From assembly GCF_001194135.2 (NCBI RefSeq), contig NC_068984.1:88398142-88439471 (forward strand): a DNA stretch of 41,330 bases. The letters are read 5' to 3'. Position numbers and translations under genes: made by a program. This document shows, one piece after another, positions 1 to 11,857 of this stretch (the first letter of the stretch is position 1; each line of letters starts with the position of its first letter). The notes beneath the pieces are model-generated. The model saw nothing but the letters and a program-made list of their open reading frames with translations. It was not told the origin of the DNA and made no database searches. Origin of the DNA: Octopus bimaculoides (taxonomy: Eukaryota).

Positions 1-812
1 TGTGGTGTGCAAGACAGACGATTGCGCTGGTATGATCATGTAGCGAGAATGGATGAGGATAGCTGTGTGAAAAAGTGCCACACCCTAGCAGTTGAGGGAA
101 CCTGTGGAAGAGGTAAGCCCAGGAAGACCTGGGATCAGGTGGTGAGGCACGACTTTCGAACATTGGGCCTCACCGAGGCAATGACCTCTGACCGAGACTT
201 CTGGAAATATGCTGTGCGTGAGAAGACCCAGCAAGCCAAGTGAGACCTAAATCTTAGGCCTCAGCCAACCCACTCATGCGTACCTTCCTACATTGGACAC
301 TAAACTCCACTTGCGAAGACCTGTTGAGGCAAGTGAAATCGAAATCGAATTAAATTCGACGACTGGCACCCATGCCAACGTCGTCTACTTCATTGTACAC
401 GAAACTCGGCTTGCGAAGACCTGTTGGGGCAGGCGAAAGCGAAATTCTCATGGCACCTGTGCCCAGCATCGCTTTCCTGGCACTTGTGCTGGATGGCATG
501 TATAAAGACATTCGAGCGAGATCGTTGCCATTGCCACCAAACTGGCTCCTGTGCAGGTGGCATGTAAAATACACCCTTTTGAGCGTGGCCATTGCCAGTA
601 CCGCCTGAGTGGCCTTCGTGGCGGTGGCACGTAAAAGCACCCACTACACTCCCGGAGTGGTTGGCATTACGAAGGGCATCCAGCTTTAGAAACTCTGCCA
701 AATCAGATTGGAGCTTGGTGTAGCCATCTGCTTTCACCAGTCCTCAGTCAAATTGTCTAACCCATGCTAGCATGGAAAGCGGACGTTAAACGACAATGAT
801 GATGATGATGAT
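1..812 (+). mobile_element. RTE-clade LINE, 3' end (C-terminus of ORF2, 3' UTR, (GAT)n tail)
   Basis: ORF 7-243 (RRLRWYDHVARMDEDSCVKK...GRGKPRKTW) matches the typical RTE ORF2 C-terminal motif R-L-R-W-x-G-H-V-x-R-M...GRPRKTW. The 3' UTR ends in CCCATGCTAGCATGGAAAGCGGACGTTAAACGA plus a (GAT)n tail, and the same tail recurs at 8760-8828. Confidence 0.85.
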
Positions 813-1124
813 ATATATATATGNNNNNNNNNNNNNNNNNNNNNNNNNNNNNNNNNNNNNNNNNNNNNNNNNNNNNNNNNNNNNNNNNNNNNNNNNNNNN
901 NNNNNNNNNNNNNNNNNNNNNNNNNNNNNNNNNNNNNNNNNNNNNNNNNNNNNNNNNNNNNNNNNNNNNNNNNNNNNNNNNNNNNNNNNNNNNNNNNNNN
1001 NNNNNNNATATATGCATGTATGTATGTATATATATACGTGTATATGTATTTATATATATGTGTATATATTTATATATATGTGTGTATATATGTATATATA
1101 TATGTATATATATGTATATATATA

Positions 1125-1167
<43 letters not shown>

Positions 1168-1790
1168 GCACGTACGTATGTAAGCAAATGCATGCACACA
1201 CACATATACACATGCACGCACGAAAATATACACAATATACACATACACACTCACACACACACATACAGACACACACATACGGAAACACATATACACACAC
1301 ACGCGCACACACACACACACACACACACACGCACATGTACCTAACACTCACAATCCCACACACACACGCGTACACACATCCACACATACATGCACCTAAG
1401 TATACATACATGGACTTACACACTACGCACATACACGCACACACACACACACACACACAATAACCCATGTGCGATCCACAGAGCAAACCGCACGCATATA
1501 CACACGCACACACACATATATATACACATACACACACGCACACACATATACAGGCACACACTGCAAGAAAAACACACTCACACAACATACACATACACGC
1601 ACACACACATACTTAAAAACTGCTTGCTCACTTTCTACTGACCATCGTCCCCAACCACTCCCAAATTATTCCTGCTACTAATTCCTTCCACAATGGTAAG
1701 CAACACACATACAAACAGATAAACAACCAAACCACACACACACACACACACACATATATATAGAGAGAAATACACACACACATGTATATA
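813..1790. repeat. Compound (TA)n/(TG)n/(CA)n microsatellite field (contains N gap 824-1007)
   Basis: Dinucleotide repeats are directly visible; all overlapping ORFs are YI/HT/VC low-complexity artefacts. Confidence 0.95.
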
Positions 1791-1886
1791 CACCTCATGT
1801 ACTCATTATGAATTATTTTTGTTGTTTATGTTTTTCATATGATCATATTCACTTGTGTAAATACCAAACTGCTTCCTTTTCTTCAG

Positions 1887-2038
1887 TGAGTCGAGAAGAT
1901 TGTAAAGACGGCAACATTGAAATGCAGCCTCCCTCAACAATTTCATATCCACAGTCCAGCTTTTGTTCGTATGCCTATGACCAAAGTATAAATGACCATG
2001 CCATATGTACACCTGAGAAAGCCAGTCTCTTTAAATAA
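1887..2038 (+). CDS. Candidate terminal coding exon of an unidentified host gene (SREDCKDGNIEMQPP...KASLFK*)
   Basis: Strong acceptor CTGCTTCCTTTTCTTCAG|TG at 1886/1887; only one frame stays open (49 codons to TAA); non-repetitive sequence. No recognisable homology. Confidence 0.2.
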
Positions 2039-2378
2039 GCAGAGTAAGCAGTCAACGAGCTGACCACACAACTCTGCTTCAAATCATTGATGTATCCATT
2101 CCAGTTCATTTATGAAAATATCACACATCTCTATAATCCTTTCTCTGTAAATCAAAAGAAATGACAATCTAACAAGTAGATCCATTATGTGAAATTGTAT
2201 TTATTAACCCGTTTCAATCATAAGTGCGAACTCATATATTTGTGTGGGTGATTATAATATATGTGTGTGTGTATATGTAGTATATATATATATATATATA
2301 TGTCTGTGTTTGTGAGAGAGAGAGAGCATATATATACATACATACATATGTATATATATATATATATATATATAATGT

Positions 2379-2752
2379 GGCACTCTGTCGGTTATAGCGA
2401 TGAGGGTTTCCATTGATCTGATCAACAGAACAGCCTGCTCATGAAATTAACATGCAAGTGGTTGAGCATACCATAGACACATGTACTTTTAATGTAGTTT
2501 TCGGGGAGATTCAGCATGACACAGTGTGACAAGGCTGGCCCTTTGAATTACAGGTACAACTGAAACAGGAAGAAAGAATGAGAGAAAGTTGTGGTGAAAG
2601 AGTACTGCAGGGTTCGCCACCATCCCATGCTGGAACCTTGTGGAGCTTTAGGTGCTTTTGCTCAATAAACACTCACAATGTCCAGTCTGTGAATCGAAAC
2701 CACGATCCTATGACCGCGAATCTGCTGCCCTAATCACTGGGCCATTGCGCCT

Positions 2753-2754
<2 letters not shown>
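2379..2754 (-). mobile_element. tRNA(Arg)-derived SINE (OR-type octopus SINE-like)
   Basis: Minus strand starts GGAGGCGCAATGGCCCAGTGATTAGGGCAGCAGATTCGCGGTC with A box and B box (GTTTCGATTC). Its 3' part recurs at 18000-18113. Confidence 0.8.
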
Positions 2755-2812
<58 letters not shown>

Positions 2813-2813
<1 letters not shown>

Positions 2814-3215
2814 CTCTTACTTTTTTACTTGTTTCAGTCATTTGACTGTGGCCATGCTGGAGCACCGCCTTTAGTCAAGCAAATCGACCCCAGGACTTAT
2901 TCTTTGTAAGCCTAGTATTTATTCTATCGGTCGCTTTTGCCGAACCGCTAAGTTACAGGGACTTAAACACACCAGCATCAGTTGTCAAACGATGTTGGTG
3001 GGGTCAAATGCAGACACACAAACATATACACACACATACATATACATATACACGATGGGCTTCTTTCAGTTTCTGTCTACCAAATCCACTCACAAGGCTT
3101 TGGTCAGCCTGAGGCTATAGTAGAAGACACTTGCCCAAAGTGTCACGCAGAGGGACTGAACCTGGAACCATGTGGTTCGTAAGCAAGCTACCTACCACAC
3201 AGCCACTCCTACACC
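2813..3215 (-). mobile_element. tRNA-derived SINE, family with central GTGAGTGGATTTGGTAGAC domain and internal (TA/TG)n
   Basis: Head GGTGTAGGAGTGGCTGTGTGGTAGG...GGTTCAGTCC; colinear with the copy at 4382-4790. Confidence 0.85.
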
Positions 3216-4092
3216 TATATATATATATATATATATATACCAAAGTAAATATGTTGCTTATTTTTTGGTAGTTTTTGACTTATTTAGTCCCTCGAAGCAT
3301 GAGGCATTACTACACAGTTAATGCCCTTTATATAAATTATATATATTTATGAAAAAAATGATGAATTTTTTTCATTATGAGGTTTTTTTCACGCTGACTA
3401 CTTGATAAATTCTTATAAAGATTTTATCCTATATTATATTATATATATNNNNNNNNNNNNNNNNNNNNNNNNNNNNNNNNNNNNNNNNNNNNNNNNNNNN
3501 NNNNNNNNNNNNNNNNNNNNTATCAGAGGTGACTCCAGGTCATCAGTGTCACTCGGGCTCATCGCAGAATTCGTCACTCAGGTTCATCACAGATTTTGCA
3601 TAAAACACATGCCTGCTTGAAGAATTTCACATTTGTCTGCAATATTTCTATTATTTTTAACCCTTATTTTTTATATCTAGCACTACATCTTTCTCTATTT
3701 CTAAGTTAAGGGTAAAAATAAAGCAACCCTGCAAAACACAACTGATCTTTACACACAGACGCATAGAATAATAACAATCAAATAATGACGGTGGAGTGCA
3801 CAACAAGCATCAGCTATCTGACTGTCGCCTGTACTCTTGACAAGAGATACCACTTAGTCCTTTACACCTACCAGGCTCATTCATATTAGCCCAAGTTGCT
3901 GGATAATTTTTTGTTCCTTTAAGGGTATTGTAGAATGGGATCTTTTCATAGATATGTGTATAGTATAATATATAATATTATATATATATATGATATGTGC
4001 ATAGTATATAATATTATATATATATGATATATATATAGTATAATATATATATATGAGATATGTATTTTATTATATATAATATCATATACATA

Positions 4093-4342
4093 TTGGGTTG
4101 ATGCATAATTATTGCAGCTTTTTTCAACAAATTTTGTTCAACAAAAATAATAACAACATGTAACAAAAACATTTTAAAATGATTATTCCGGAGCATATTC
4201 ACCATCTACTTCAATTGCTGCTTCCCATTTACTTGGCGGACGGTCAGACCGTCATTTAAACATGTTTTAGTCAAATATTGTTATTGTTTTTGTTGAATAA
4301 AATTTGTTGAAAAAAAGCCACAATAATTATGCACCAACCCAA
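4093..4342. mobile_element. mariner-type MITE, ~65-bp TIRs, TA target duplication
   Basis: Left TTGGGTTGATGCATAATTATTGCAGC...CAACAAAAATAATAACA matches the reverse complement of right TGTTATTGTTTTTGTTG...AATAATTATGCACCAACCCAA. TA at 4091-4092 and 4343-4344. The TIR resembles the mariner TTAGGTTGGTGCA type. Confidence 0.85.
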
Positions 4343-4381
4343 TATATATATATGATATATGTATAGTATAATATATATATA

Positions 4382-4544
4382 GGTGCAGGAGTGGCTGTAT
4401 GGTAAGTAGCTTGCTTACCAACTACATGGTTCTTGGTTCAGTCTCACTGCGTGGCACCTTTGGAAAGTGTCTTCTACTATAGCCTCGGGCTGACCGAAGC
4501 CTTGTGAGTGGATTTGGTAGACGGAAATAGAAAGAAATCCATTG

Positions 4545-4580
<36 letters not shown>

Positions 4581-4790
4581 AGTATATGTTTGCGTGTCTG
4601 TGTTTCCACCTCCACTATTGCTTGACAACCGATGTTGGTATGTTTACATCTGTGTCTTTGCAGTTTGGCAAAAGAATCCAATAAAATAAGTACTAGGCTT
4701 ACAGAGAATAAATTCTTGGGCTGATTTCTTCGACTAAAGGCAGTGCTCCAGCGTGGCCACAGTCAAATGACTGAAACACATAAAAGAATC
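4382..4790 (+). mobile_element. tRNA-derived SINE (same family as 2813-3215)
   Basis: GGTGCAGGAGTGGCTGTATGGTAAG head, GGTTCAGTC B-box-like motif, shared body and tail GGCCACAGTCAAATGACTGAAAC. Confidence 0.85.
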
Positions 4791-4804
4791 ACGATATACT
4801 TCAG

Positions 4805-4852
<48 letters not shown>

Positions 4853-4857
<5 letters not shown>

Positions 4858-5070
4858 TCCGCCCAAAAAATGTATACACATTTCAGGAAAAGAAAAATCT
4901 GTATGAATATTTTAATTCAGTGTTATTGCAATTTATTCAATGTTATCACAGTTTGATAAAACATCGAAAGAGGTGTCTATATTTATATGGGTACTTATAT
5001 AAGTTAAATATTAATGCATATTTTTCGATTTCCTGAAGTGTGCATACATTTGTTTGTCAGAGTTTGCATA
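4853..5070. mobile_element. Degenerate Tc1/mariner-type MITE
   Basis: Inverted repeat AAATGTATACACATTTCAGGAAA (~4868-4890) versus TTTCCTGAAGTGTGCATACATTT (~5029-5051), TA-flanked. Confidence 0.55.
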
Positions 5071-5307
5071 AAGTTACTGTCAATATGTGTAAAATATTTG
5101 AGAAGTTTAGCATGTAGTGACTCACATATGCAGTAACATTTCTATTTACACCTACCTGCATATGAACACATTAATGCATACAAGCAAAACTACTCTGTTC
5201 ATTTGTCAAAATTTCAATGAAAGAATATTGGAATGTAGACGAGATGAACAAGATCTTTATCATTGGTGACAAATTTGAAAAACATGCCAAGGAAACATAC
5301 ATACATC

Positions 5308-5351
<44 letters not shown>

Positions 5352-5728
5352 TGTGTTATAGTTTTTCATTCAGAATTATATTTCTTTTTCAAGGAGTACT
5401 TGAAAAGAAAAAGGACTAAAATTTCATCACATACTGTATATAAAAATTATGTGTGACTATATGTTTGTAGTCGTATATATATATAAAATAGCCAATATGC
5501 CAATGTAAATGAACTGTTTTATGTCCTTACATATCTCTAGTATGTTATATATATATATATTGTATTCCATTTATTACAACACTCTGTCAAGTGGTTGCTG
5601 CAAATGAATGAGAGAGAAAGAAAGAGAGAGAGAGAGAGAGTGAGAGGGAGAGAGTGAGAGTGAGTTATGTATTTCAAAGAAAGTAATCAAAATATTTATA
5701 TGAAATCTAAAGATGGATGTAATAAGTA

Positions 5729-5770
<42 letters not shown>

Positions 5771-5779
5771 TTGATAATA

Positions 5780-6286
5780 AATGCCCTGATACCAGGTAGT
5801 GGCTCTCATGGCTTTTGATTTTAAATGATTGGAAGTGTTATATTGTACATGTTTTGTCTTGGTGTAAAAGATGGGCTACAGTAATTATTCTACTTAATAC
5901 CATAGATTTGCTTGTCAGTTGTTTGATCTTAACCAGTTGAACATGTATTTTATTGGCTGACGATATGTGCATCTCTGATCACAAGCAGAAGTAGTGGGGG
6001 AGCATCAGAACCATGTGTTGAGAGGAATTCTTTGGAGTTTGAGTAATTTATCTCTGGAAACACAGCTGTTTCATTCATCATCTTTAAACAATTCTTATTC
6101 AGGGACCTTTTTAGCAGAATGAGCTACTTGGCCTGAAGAACATTCTAACTGGATTCTACATGCAAGGTCATGCACTGGTTACCTTGACATGAAGTCACCA
6201 TGTCAGACACATATGGCTGTGATGCATGTGCTTGGTGTACCCTTATCAGATGTGTGGTCATGATGGATATATTGGGCTTTGTATAT
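5780..6286 (-). repeat. Unclassified interspersed retroposon-like repeat with (ATT)n tail
   Basis: Higher-GC non-coding block that ends on the minus strand in an (ATT)n tract (5733-5770). Recognised from memory as an abundant octopus repeat; only one copy in the window. Confidence 0.4.
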
Positions 6287-6464
6287 TTGTGGGGAGGGGA
6301 TTAGTCAATTACATCAACTCCAAAGTTTCACTGGTAATTAATTTATCAACCCTGAAAGGATGAAAGACAAAGTTGATCTTGGCAGAATTTGAACTCAGAA
6401 TGTAGCAATAGGCAAAATACCTCTAATTATTTTGTCCAGCATGCCAATGATTCTGCCAGCTCAC

Positions 6465-6497
<33 letters not shown>

Positions 6498-6932
6498 GAT
6501 CCTTCCTACTATAGGCACAAGGCCTGAAATGTGGAGTAAGATACTAGTCGATTAAATCGACCCTAGTGTTTCACTAGTATTTAATTTATCAACCCCAAAA
6601 GGATGAAAGGCAAAGTTGACCTCAGTGGAATTTGAACTCAGAATGCAATGATGGGTAAAATACCACTATGCATTTTGTCCAGTATACTAACAATTCTGCC
6701 AGCTCACAGCCTTAATAATAATGATAATAATAATAATAATCTTTTCTACTGGAAGCACAAGGCCTCAAATTTTGGGGGAAGGGTTTAAGTCAATTACATT
6801 GACCCCAGAGCATAACTGCTACTTATTTAATCAACTCCTGAAAGGATGAAAGGCAAAGTCAACCTTGGTGGAATTTGAACTCAAACATAGCAACAGATAA
6901 AATACTGCTAACAATTCAGCCAGCTCACTACC
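6287..6932 (-). mobile_element. Three tandem tRNA-derived SINEs with Nin/Deu-like central domain (6287-6467, 6500-6712, 6741-6932) separated by (AAT)n
   Basis: Each copy has TTCTGAGTTCAAATTC(C/T) B box and GACTTTGCCTTTCATCCTTTC-like core on the minus strand. A partial fourth copy lies at ~7160-7235. Confidence 0.85.
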
Positions 6933-6934
6933 AT

Positions 6935-6984
<50 letters not shown>

Positions 6985-7114
6985 TAATAATAAGAAGAAA
7001 GTATTGTAGTTCGCTGGAATCATTGTGTATTGTTTGTGAAATATAATGTCTTGAATGGCACAACAATGCAGAGTGGAATAATATAACTGTGATAATTTAA
7101 TTATTCATAGTCTG

Positions 7115-7154
7115 ATATAATATTTCAGAATATAAAAATTCCTTCTTCAGATGC
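7115..7154 (-). ncRNA. Decayed minimal hammerhead ribozyme relic (Penelope-like terminus)
   Basis: Minus strand: CUGAAGA-A-GGAAU(UUUUAU)AUUCU-GAAA-UAU-U. Core and helix II are present, helix I is poor. Confidence 0.35.
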
Positions 7155-8209
7155 TGCTAGGAATTTTTTAGGGGAGAGGTAAGTCAATTATATTGACCTC
7201 AGTGCTCAACTAGTACTTATTTTGTCAACCTTGAAATTTAACTGCTTTTCTCTTTTTTGGGATGTGCAGTAATAATAATAATAATAATAATGATAATAAT
7301 ACAGAGAATGTGAGTATAAAGATTTCTATATAAATTTCATTGACTAATATTGATAGTAATATGAAATGTAACTTGTATTGAATTGAAAGTGTTTCTTTAG
7401 AATGTTTGTTGAGCACTAAGAAATAAGAAGATATGTACTTAAAAAAAAAATCAAAATATGTCAATGAAACATATCTGTGAAATGTATCTAATAATAATGT
7501 GGTCAATAATGAAAAGGATAATAATAATGATATTATATACATGCATATATTTATATATGTATGTTTATATAACAAATGAAGAATAATGATTTTGGCATCA
7601 TATTTATTCCACATTTTACAGCTGTTTCAAACAACATACAAATGATAGATCATATAATAAACTTGGAAGAGGGTAATGATTATATGTTTACTATGGTGAA
7701 TAAATATATTAGTTTATTTATTCACTGGGGTTATGATGAGATGGGTCTTTCATTACATAATCAATATTATATAATCTGTTTTACATAATCATTGCTCTCT
7801 TTTATGTTTACCAACTTATACAAATTGTCACCTACATGTTGTTGGAACACTTGTAAACTATGGAATATACGTGATACCAGCTCCATTCTTTGCTTGTTAT
7901 TTTGTACTCTGCAACTGAAGGTAACTTCCTGGATTTTCAGTTTGTGTGAAAGTAATATTTCTAATGAAAAGATCTTCCCGCCACCCCTATTCAATCTTAG
8001 ACATAGTGTTCACAGGAGTTATTACTGAGATAACTGCCTGGATTCCCAGATACCCTTTCATTTACTATGTGTGTGTATATATATATATATATATATAATC
8101 ATCATTTTTAACATCCATTGTCCATGCTGGCATAAATATATATGTAAGTATCGAACAATGAGAATAAGTGCTCAACACTGCATTGGTGGATAAAGACTTG
8201 TTATTTATA

Positions 8210-8354
8210 TATTAAGGCTACCATTGATTTCATGTTAAGGATTAATCCAAATAATTTTGGATTAATCAAAAATGGAGATGAACATCAATGTTCCATGTGA
8301 TAGGCTTCATAATTGTTGAGGGCAACTTGCATGAAACCAATGGTAGCCTTAATA
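8210..8354. mobile_element. 145-bp MITE with 25-bp TIRs and internal hairpin
   Basis: TATTAAGGCTACCATTGATTTCATG (8210-8234) versus CATGAAACCAATGGTAGCCTTAATA (8330-8354), 24/25 match, terminal TA. Confidence 0.75.
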
Positions 8355-8362
8355 CAAATAAA

Positions 8363-8404
<42 letters not shown>

Positions 8405-8500
8405 TGATATAGGGTGAAAATCAATAATTAACAACTAATAATTTCACCAAGTAGTTCAGTATGTTAAAAGAACCATTATCGGTAAACTTATACAAAAATC

Positions 8501-8728
8501 TTATAATTATAAGCATAATTATAATCAGGGTTCAGCAAAATTGCTTCACCACATACCGAAATTTAGAAATAGCAGTCAAATACTATTCCACTACCATAAT
8601 ATATCTCCCAGACAACAATACTCCTAACTCACACAGGCAAAGAGAAAAATAACGAATCCACCTGGCTTTGATTAACTATATACGCATTTCTGGATTAATT
8701 ATAATCATAATTATGCTTATGATTATAA
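8501..8728. repeat. 22-bp inverted repeat pair flanking ~185 bp (possible MITE)
   Basis: TTATAATTATAAGCATAATTAT (8501-8522) versus ATAATTATGCTTATGATTATAA (8707-8728), one mismatch. Very AT-rich, so less significant. Confidence 0.4.
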
Positions 8729-8759
8729 ATTATTTGTGTATATATATATGTGTATATAT

Positions 8760-8828
8760 ATCATCATCATCATCATCATCGTTTAACGTCCGCTTTCCAT
8801 GCTAGCATGGGTTGGACGATTTGACTGA
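8760..8828 (-). mobile_element. RTE LINE 3' tail (same family as 1-812)
   Basis: Reverse complement TCAGTCAAATCGTCCAACCCATGCTAGCATGGAAAGCGGACGTTAAACGATGATG... is nearly identical to 745-812; truncated by the N gap. A diverged tail also occurs at ~8097-8133. Confidence 0.85.
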
Positions 8829-8838
8829 NNNNNNNNNN

Positions 8839-8882
<44 letters not shown>

Positions 8883-10455
8883 GTGTAAGTATGCTGGGTA
8901 TGACAATTTTTATGAAAAAACTCAATACATTTCTAGTGTAACAACTTTATTGTAGGTTTTGCACAGTTCAGTGTTTCCCAGAGACTTATAATTTCATCTC
9001 ATCCTGGGGAGAAATCTTCAGACTGTGGGTTTTTGTTGAAATAGAAAATATAAACTTCCTGTAATAGTCTTTGCCATTGTCTCTGTCCCTAAAATATCAA
9101 AATATCTTACTTTACTAATCCCTATACAAATAGGAAACTTTATAGACCAGTGAACTTGTGCCTATTCAACTTCCAAACCACAACACCTAACAATACACTG
9201 CCCAACATATTGGCAAATTATTTTCATCAATTCTTAATTATTATTAGTATTATTTTTTGATAACCATGGATAGACATTTATCTTTACATTATTCCTCTGC
9301 TCTGCTAATCCCCCACATTCCCATTGGAAAAAACTAACTTACACAAAATGACTGCCTTCAAATATAAGCCAACAGAAGCAAAAACTCCTCTACACAAACC
9401 TCTATGTCAAATTATTAAAACATCAATTTCTAGAAATCCTAAAATCTTATTTCCATCTGGGGTTATATTCCTAGTTACTGCGAGGCACTGAACTTTGTAA
9501 TAGCCACATGACAAAGTACATGTTTATATATTTATATTCAACATATGTACACCATTTTCATGATAATTTCTCAAGAAAGCACTTATTGTAATTATGCTTG
9601 CTGTCAGTTTGAGTAATTTTCTCCAATTTCCTTTTACCAATGAAACAAACAACCAAATTTCAAAATAATATTTATTTTTCCATACTTATATATTTTTGAT
9701 ATTTTTCTTTTTATAAAATGAGCAGATAACATTTTGTACCACTAACCAGTGGGTGACATTGTAACAAATTGTATTTTGATCAATGAAACAAATTCTGAAG
9801 AAACATCGAACAAACTACAGTGCTGTTTGTACATGTTTAGACTCAGGTTTACTACTAGGTAATTAAATATATGACCAAAGGCATTTCAGTCTATTTTTAT
9901 TTAGGACCAATGAATTCATTTTTTCCTAAGATGGTAGGGTGATATTTGGAAGAATTTGACAACTATTTCCACCAGGTTGAGTGACCATGTAGAATCTCTG
10001 CAAGCTTTACCAGCTTTCTAATAGATATCAGATCTTTGCAGTTTTGTTTTCCCTATCTGATTTTGTTCATATTTTCTACATTGATATAGTTTTCCACACT
10101 ACCCAAAAATCACATCCATTTTTGACACAAATTAATAATATAAAAAGTTACAAATCTTTAAACTTTAAATTTTTGCCAGTCAGAAGCCTCAATTATGATT
10201 ATGCTGGAAGTCACAGTTTCCATGAATTGATGATAAGAAATGTAAACAGTATAAACTTTAAAGATAAATTTTATTTTATAAAAAGAATTTAATGAAAGGA
10301 AATTAAAAACATTGTGAAACCCCAACAAAGATGAAAAGAAATTTTTAATGAAATAAAATTAGAATGTTATATAACTTTGAAGTACTAAATAAAAAAATGT
10401 AATAAACACTTCCAAAATGAAGAAAAGAAGTCTATGGCAATGAATTTCTATTGTA

Positions 10456-11857
10456 TTGGGTCGTCCCATAAATAATGCATTTTTTTATACTTCTTTTATT
10501 TTTCAAAATTAAGATGAAAAGTTCTTTTTTAATCTAAAATATACTCTCCTTCATTTCCTACAATGCTCTTTCATCTATCTGGTAGACATGCAAGGCCTCT
10601 CTTCTANNNNNNNNNNNNNNNNNNNNNNNNNNNNNNNNNNNNNNNNNNNNNNNNNNNNNNNNNNNNNNNNNNNNNNNNNNNNNNNNNNNNNNNNNNNNNN
10701 NNNNNNNNNNNNNNNNNNNNTCTTCTAAAATTCACTTGTTCGTGATGAAAAATACTCCTCCAGTACTGTTCTGACCTCGTCTACAGAATTCATATTTTTT
10801 TCTGTTCAAATGATTTTGAAGACTGAAGAATAAATGATAATCAGATGAGGAAATGTCTGGCAAATATGGTGGGTGGGGCTTCGTTTCCCATTCAGACTGT
10901 TCCAGCCTTTGGAATGTCATCTTCATTGTATGTGGCCGAGCATTATCCTGATGCAAGAACACCTTGCATCTTGAAACCAAAGATGGTCATTTTTCTTCTA
11001 GCACTGACTTAAGCCACTCAAGTTGCTCACAGTAGATCTTCTTTGTGATCATTTGGTTTGGGTTTAAAAGTTTAAAGTGAACTAAATATTTCATATTCCA
11101 CCAAACAGAAAACAAGACCTTACATGGGTGAAGACCTTCTTTAGCCTGGGGTGCCAGTGTTTCTCCTTTTCCTACCCACTGTCTTTGGCATTTGACATTT
11201 TCATAGAGAACCTATTTCTTATCACCAGTCACTATTCAGTCCCAAAAAGGTTAACTTGTGAGACTTGACAGCAAAGAAGAGCACACATTCACTCTCTGTG
11301 CGTGATTAGACTCAGAAAGTTTGTGAGGAACTCATCGACTCAATTTGCTGACTTTTCGAATGGCATGCAGGTGTCGATGACTGGTTGAATGACCAAATCC
11401 AAGCTTCTATGCTTGTTCCTCAGAAGTTACAATGGGATTTTGTTCCACCAGGGTTTGTAGGACATTCTCGTTGAGCTCTAGATCTTCCAGGGTAAGACTT
11501 GTCTTCTAGGCTGTAGTTTCTGGCTTGGAATTTCTGGAACTGTTGACTCTGGCTTACGCTTATTGTCCGATCCCCATATACTGCATTAATATTCCTTACA
11601 CTTTCTGTTGTGTTGTTGCCTTTATTGAACTTATAAAGCAAAATATGCCAAATATGCTCCTTTGTCACTTCCATTATTGCTTTGAAAAAATAACTGTGAA
11701 AAGTGAACTGCACTCTTCAAAACGTGCACTAATTATAAGTATAAAGTAAAATTACTACCTGCTTTTATAGCAAGTTGATGCAGGTAGTTTATCTCATTCC
11801 CCTCCAACTTTTAGTGCATGCAATTGTAAAATCTGCATTATTTATGGGATGACCCAA
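10456..11857 (-). mobile_element. mariner (DD34D, Mos1-like) transposon, full length but disrupted
   Basis: TIRs TTGGGTCGTCCCATAAATAATGCA / TGCATTATTTATGGGATGACCCAA with TA TSD. Fragments MEVTKEHIWHILLYKFNKG (N-terminal HTH), HQDNARPH and HPPYLPDISSSDYHLF (HPPYSPDLAPSDYHLF consensus); frameshifts and stops. Confidence 0.95.

Noticed and set aside
757-1681. Many overlapping ORFs of 60-196 aa
   Set aside because: They are translations of dinucleotide microsatellites and N gaps.
6287-6932. Repeat-spacer-like periodicity resembling a CRISPR array
   Set aside because: Units are ~200-bp SINEs with microsatellite spacers in a eukaryotic context, and there are no cas genes.
7622-7695. Plus-strand candidate exon VSNNIQMIDHIINLEEGNDYMFTM with a faint Fn3-like motif
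   Set aside because: Good acceptor but weak donor, short length and no compatible neighbours; not distinguishable from chance.
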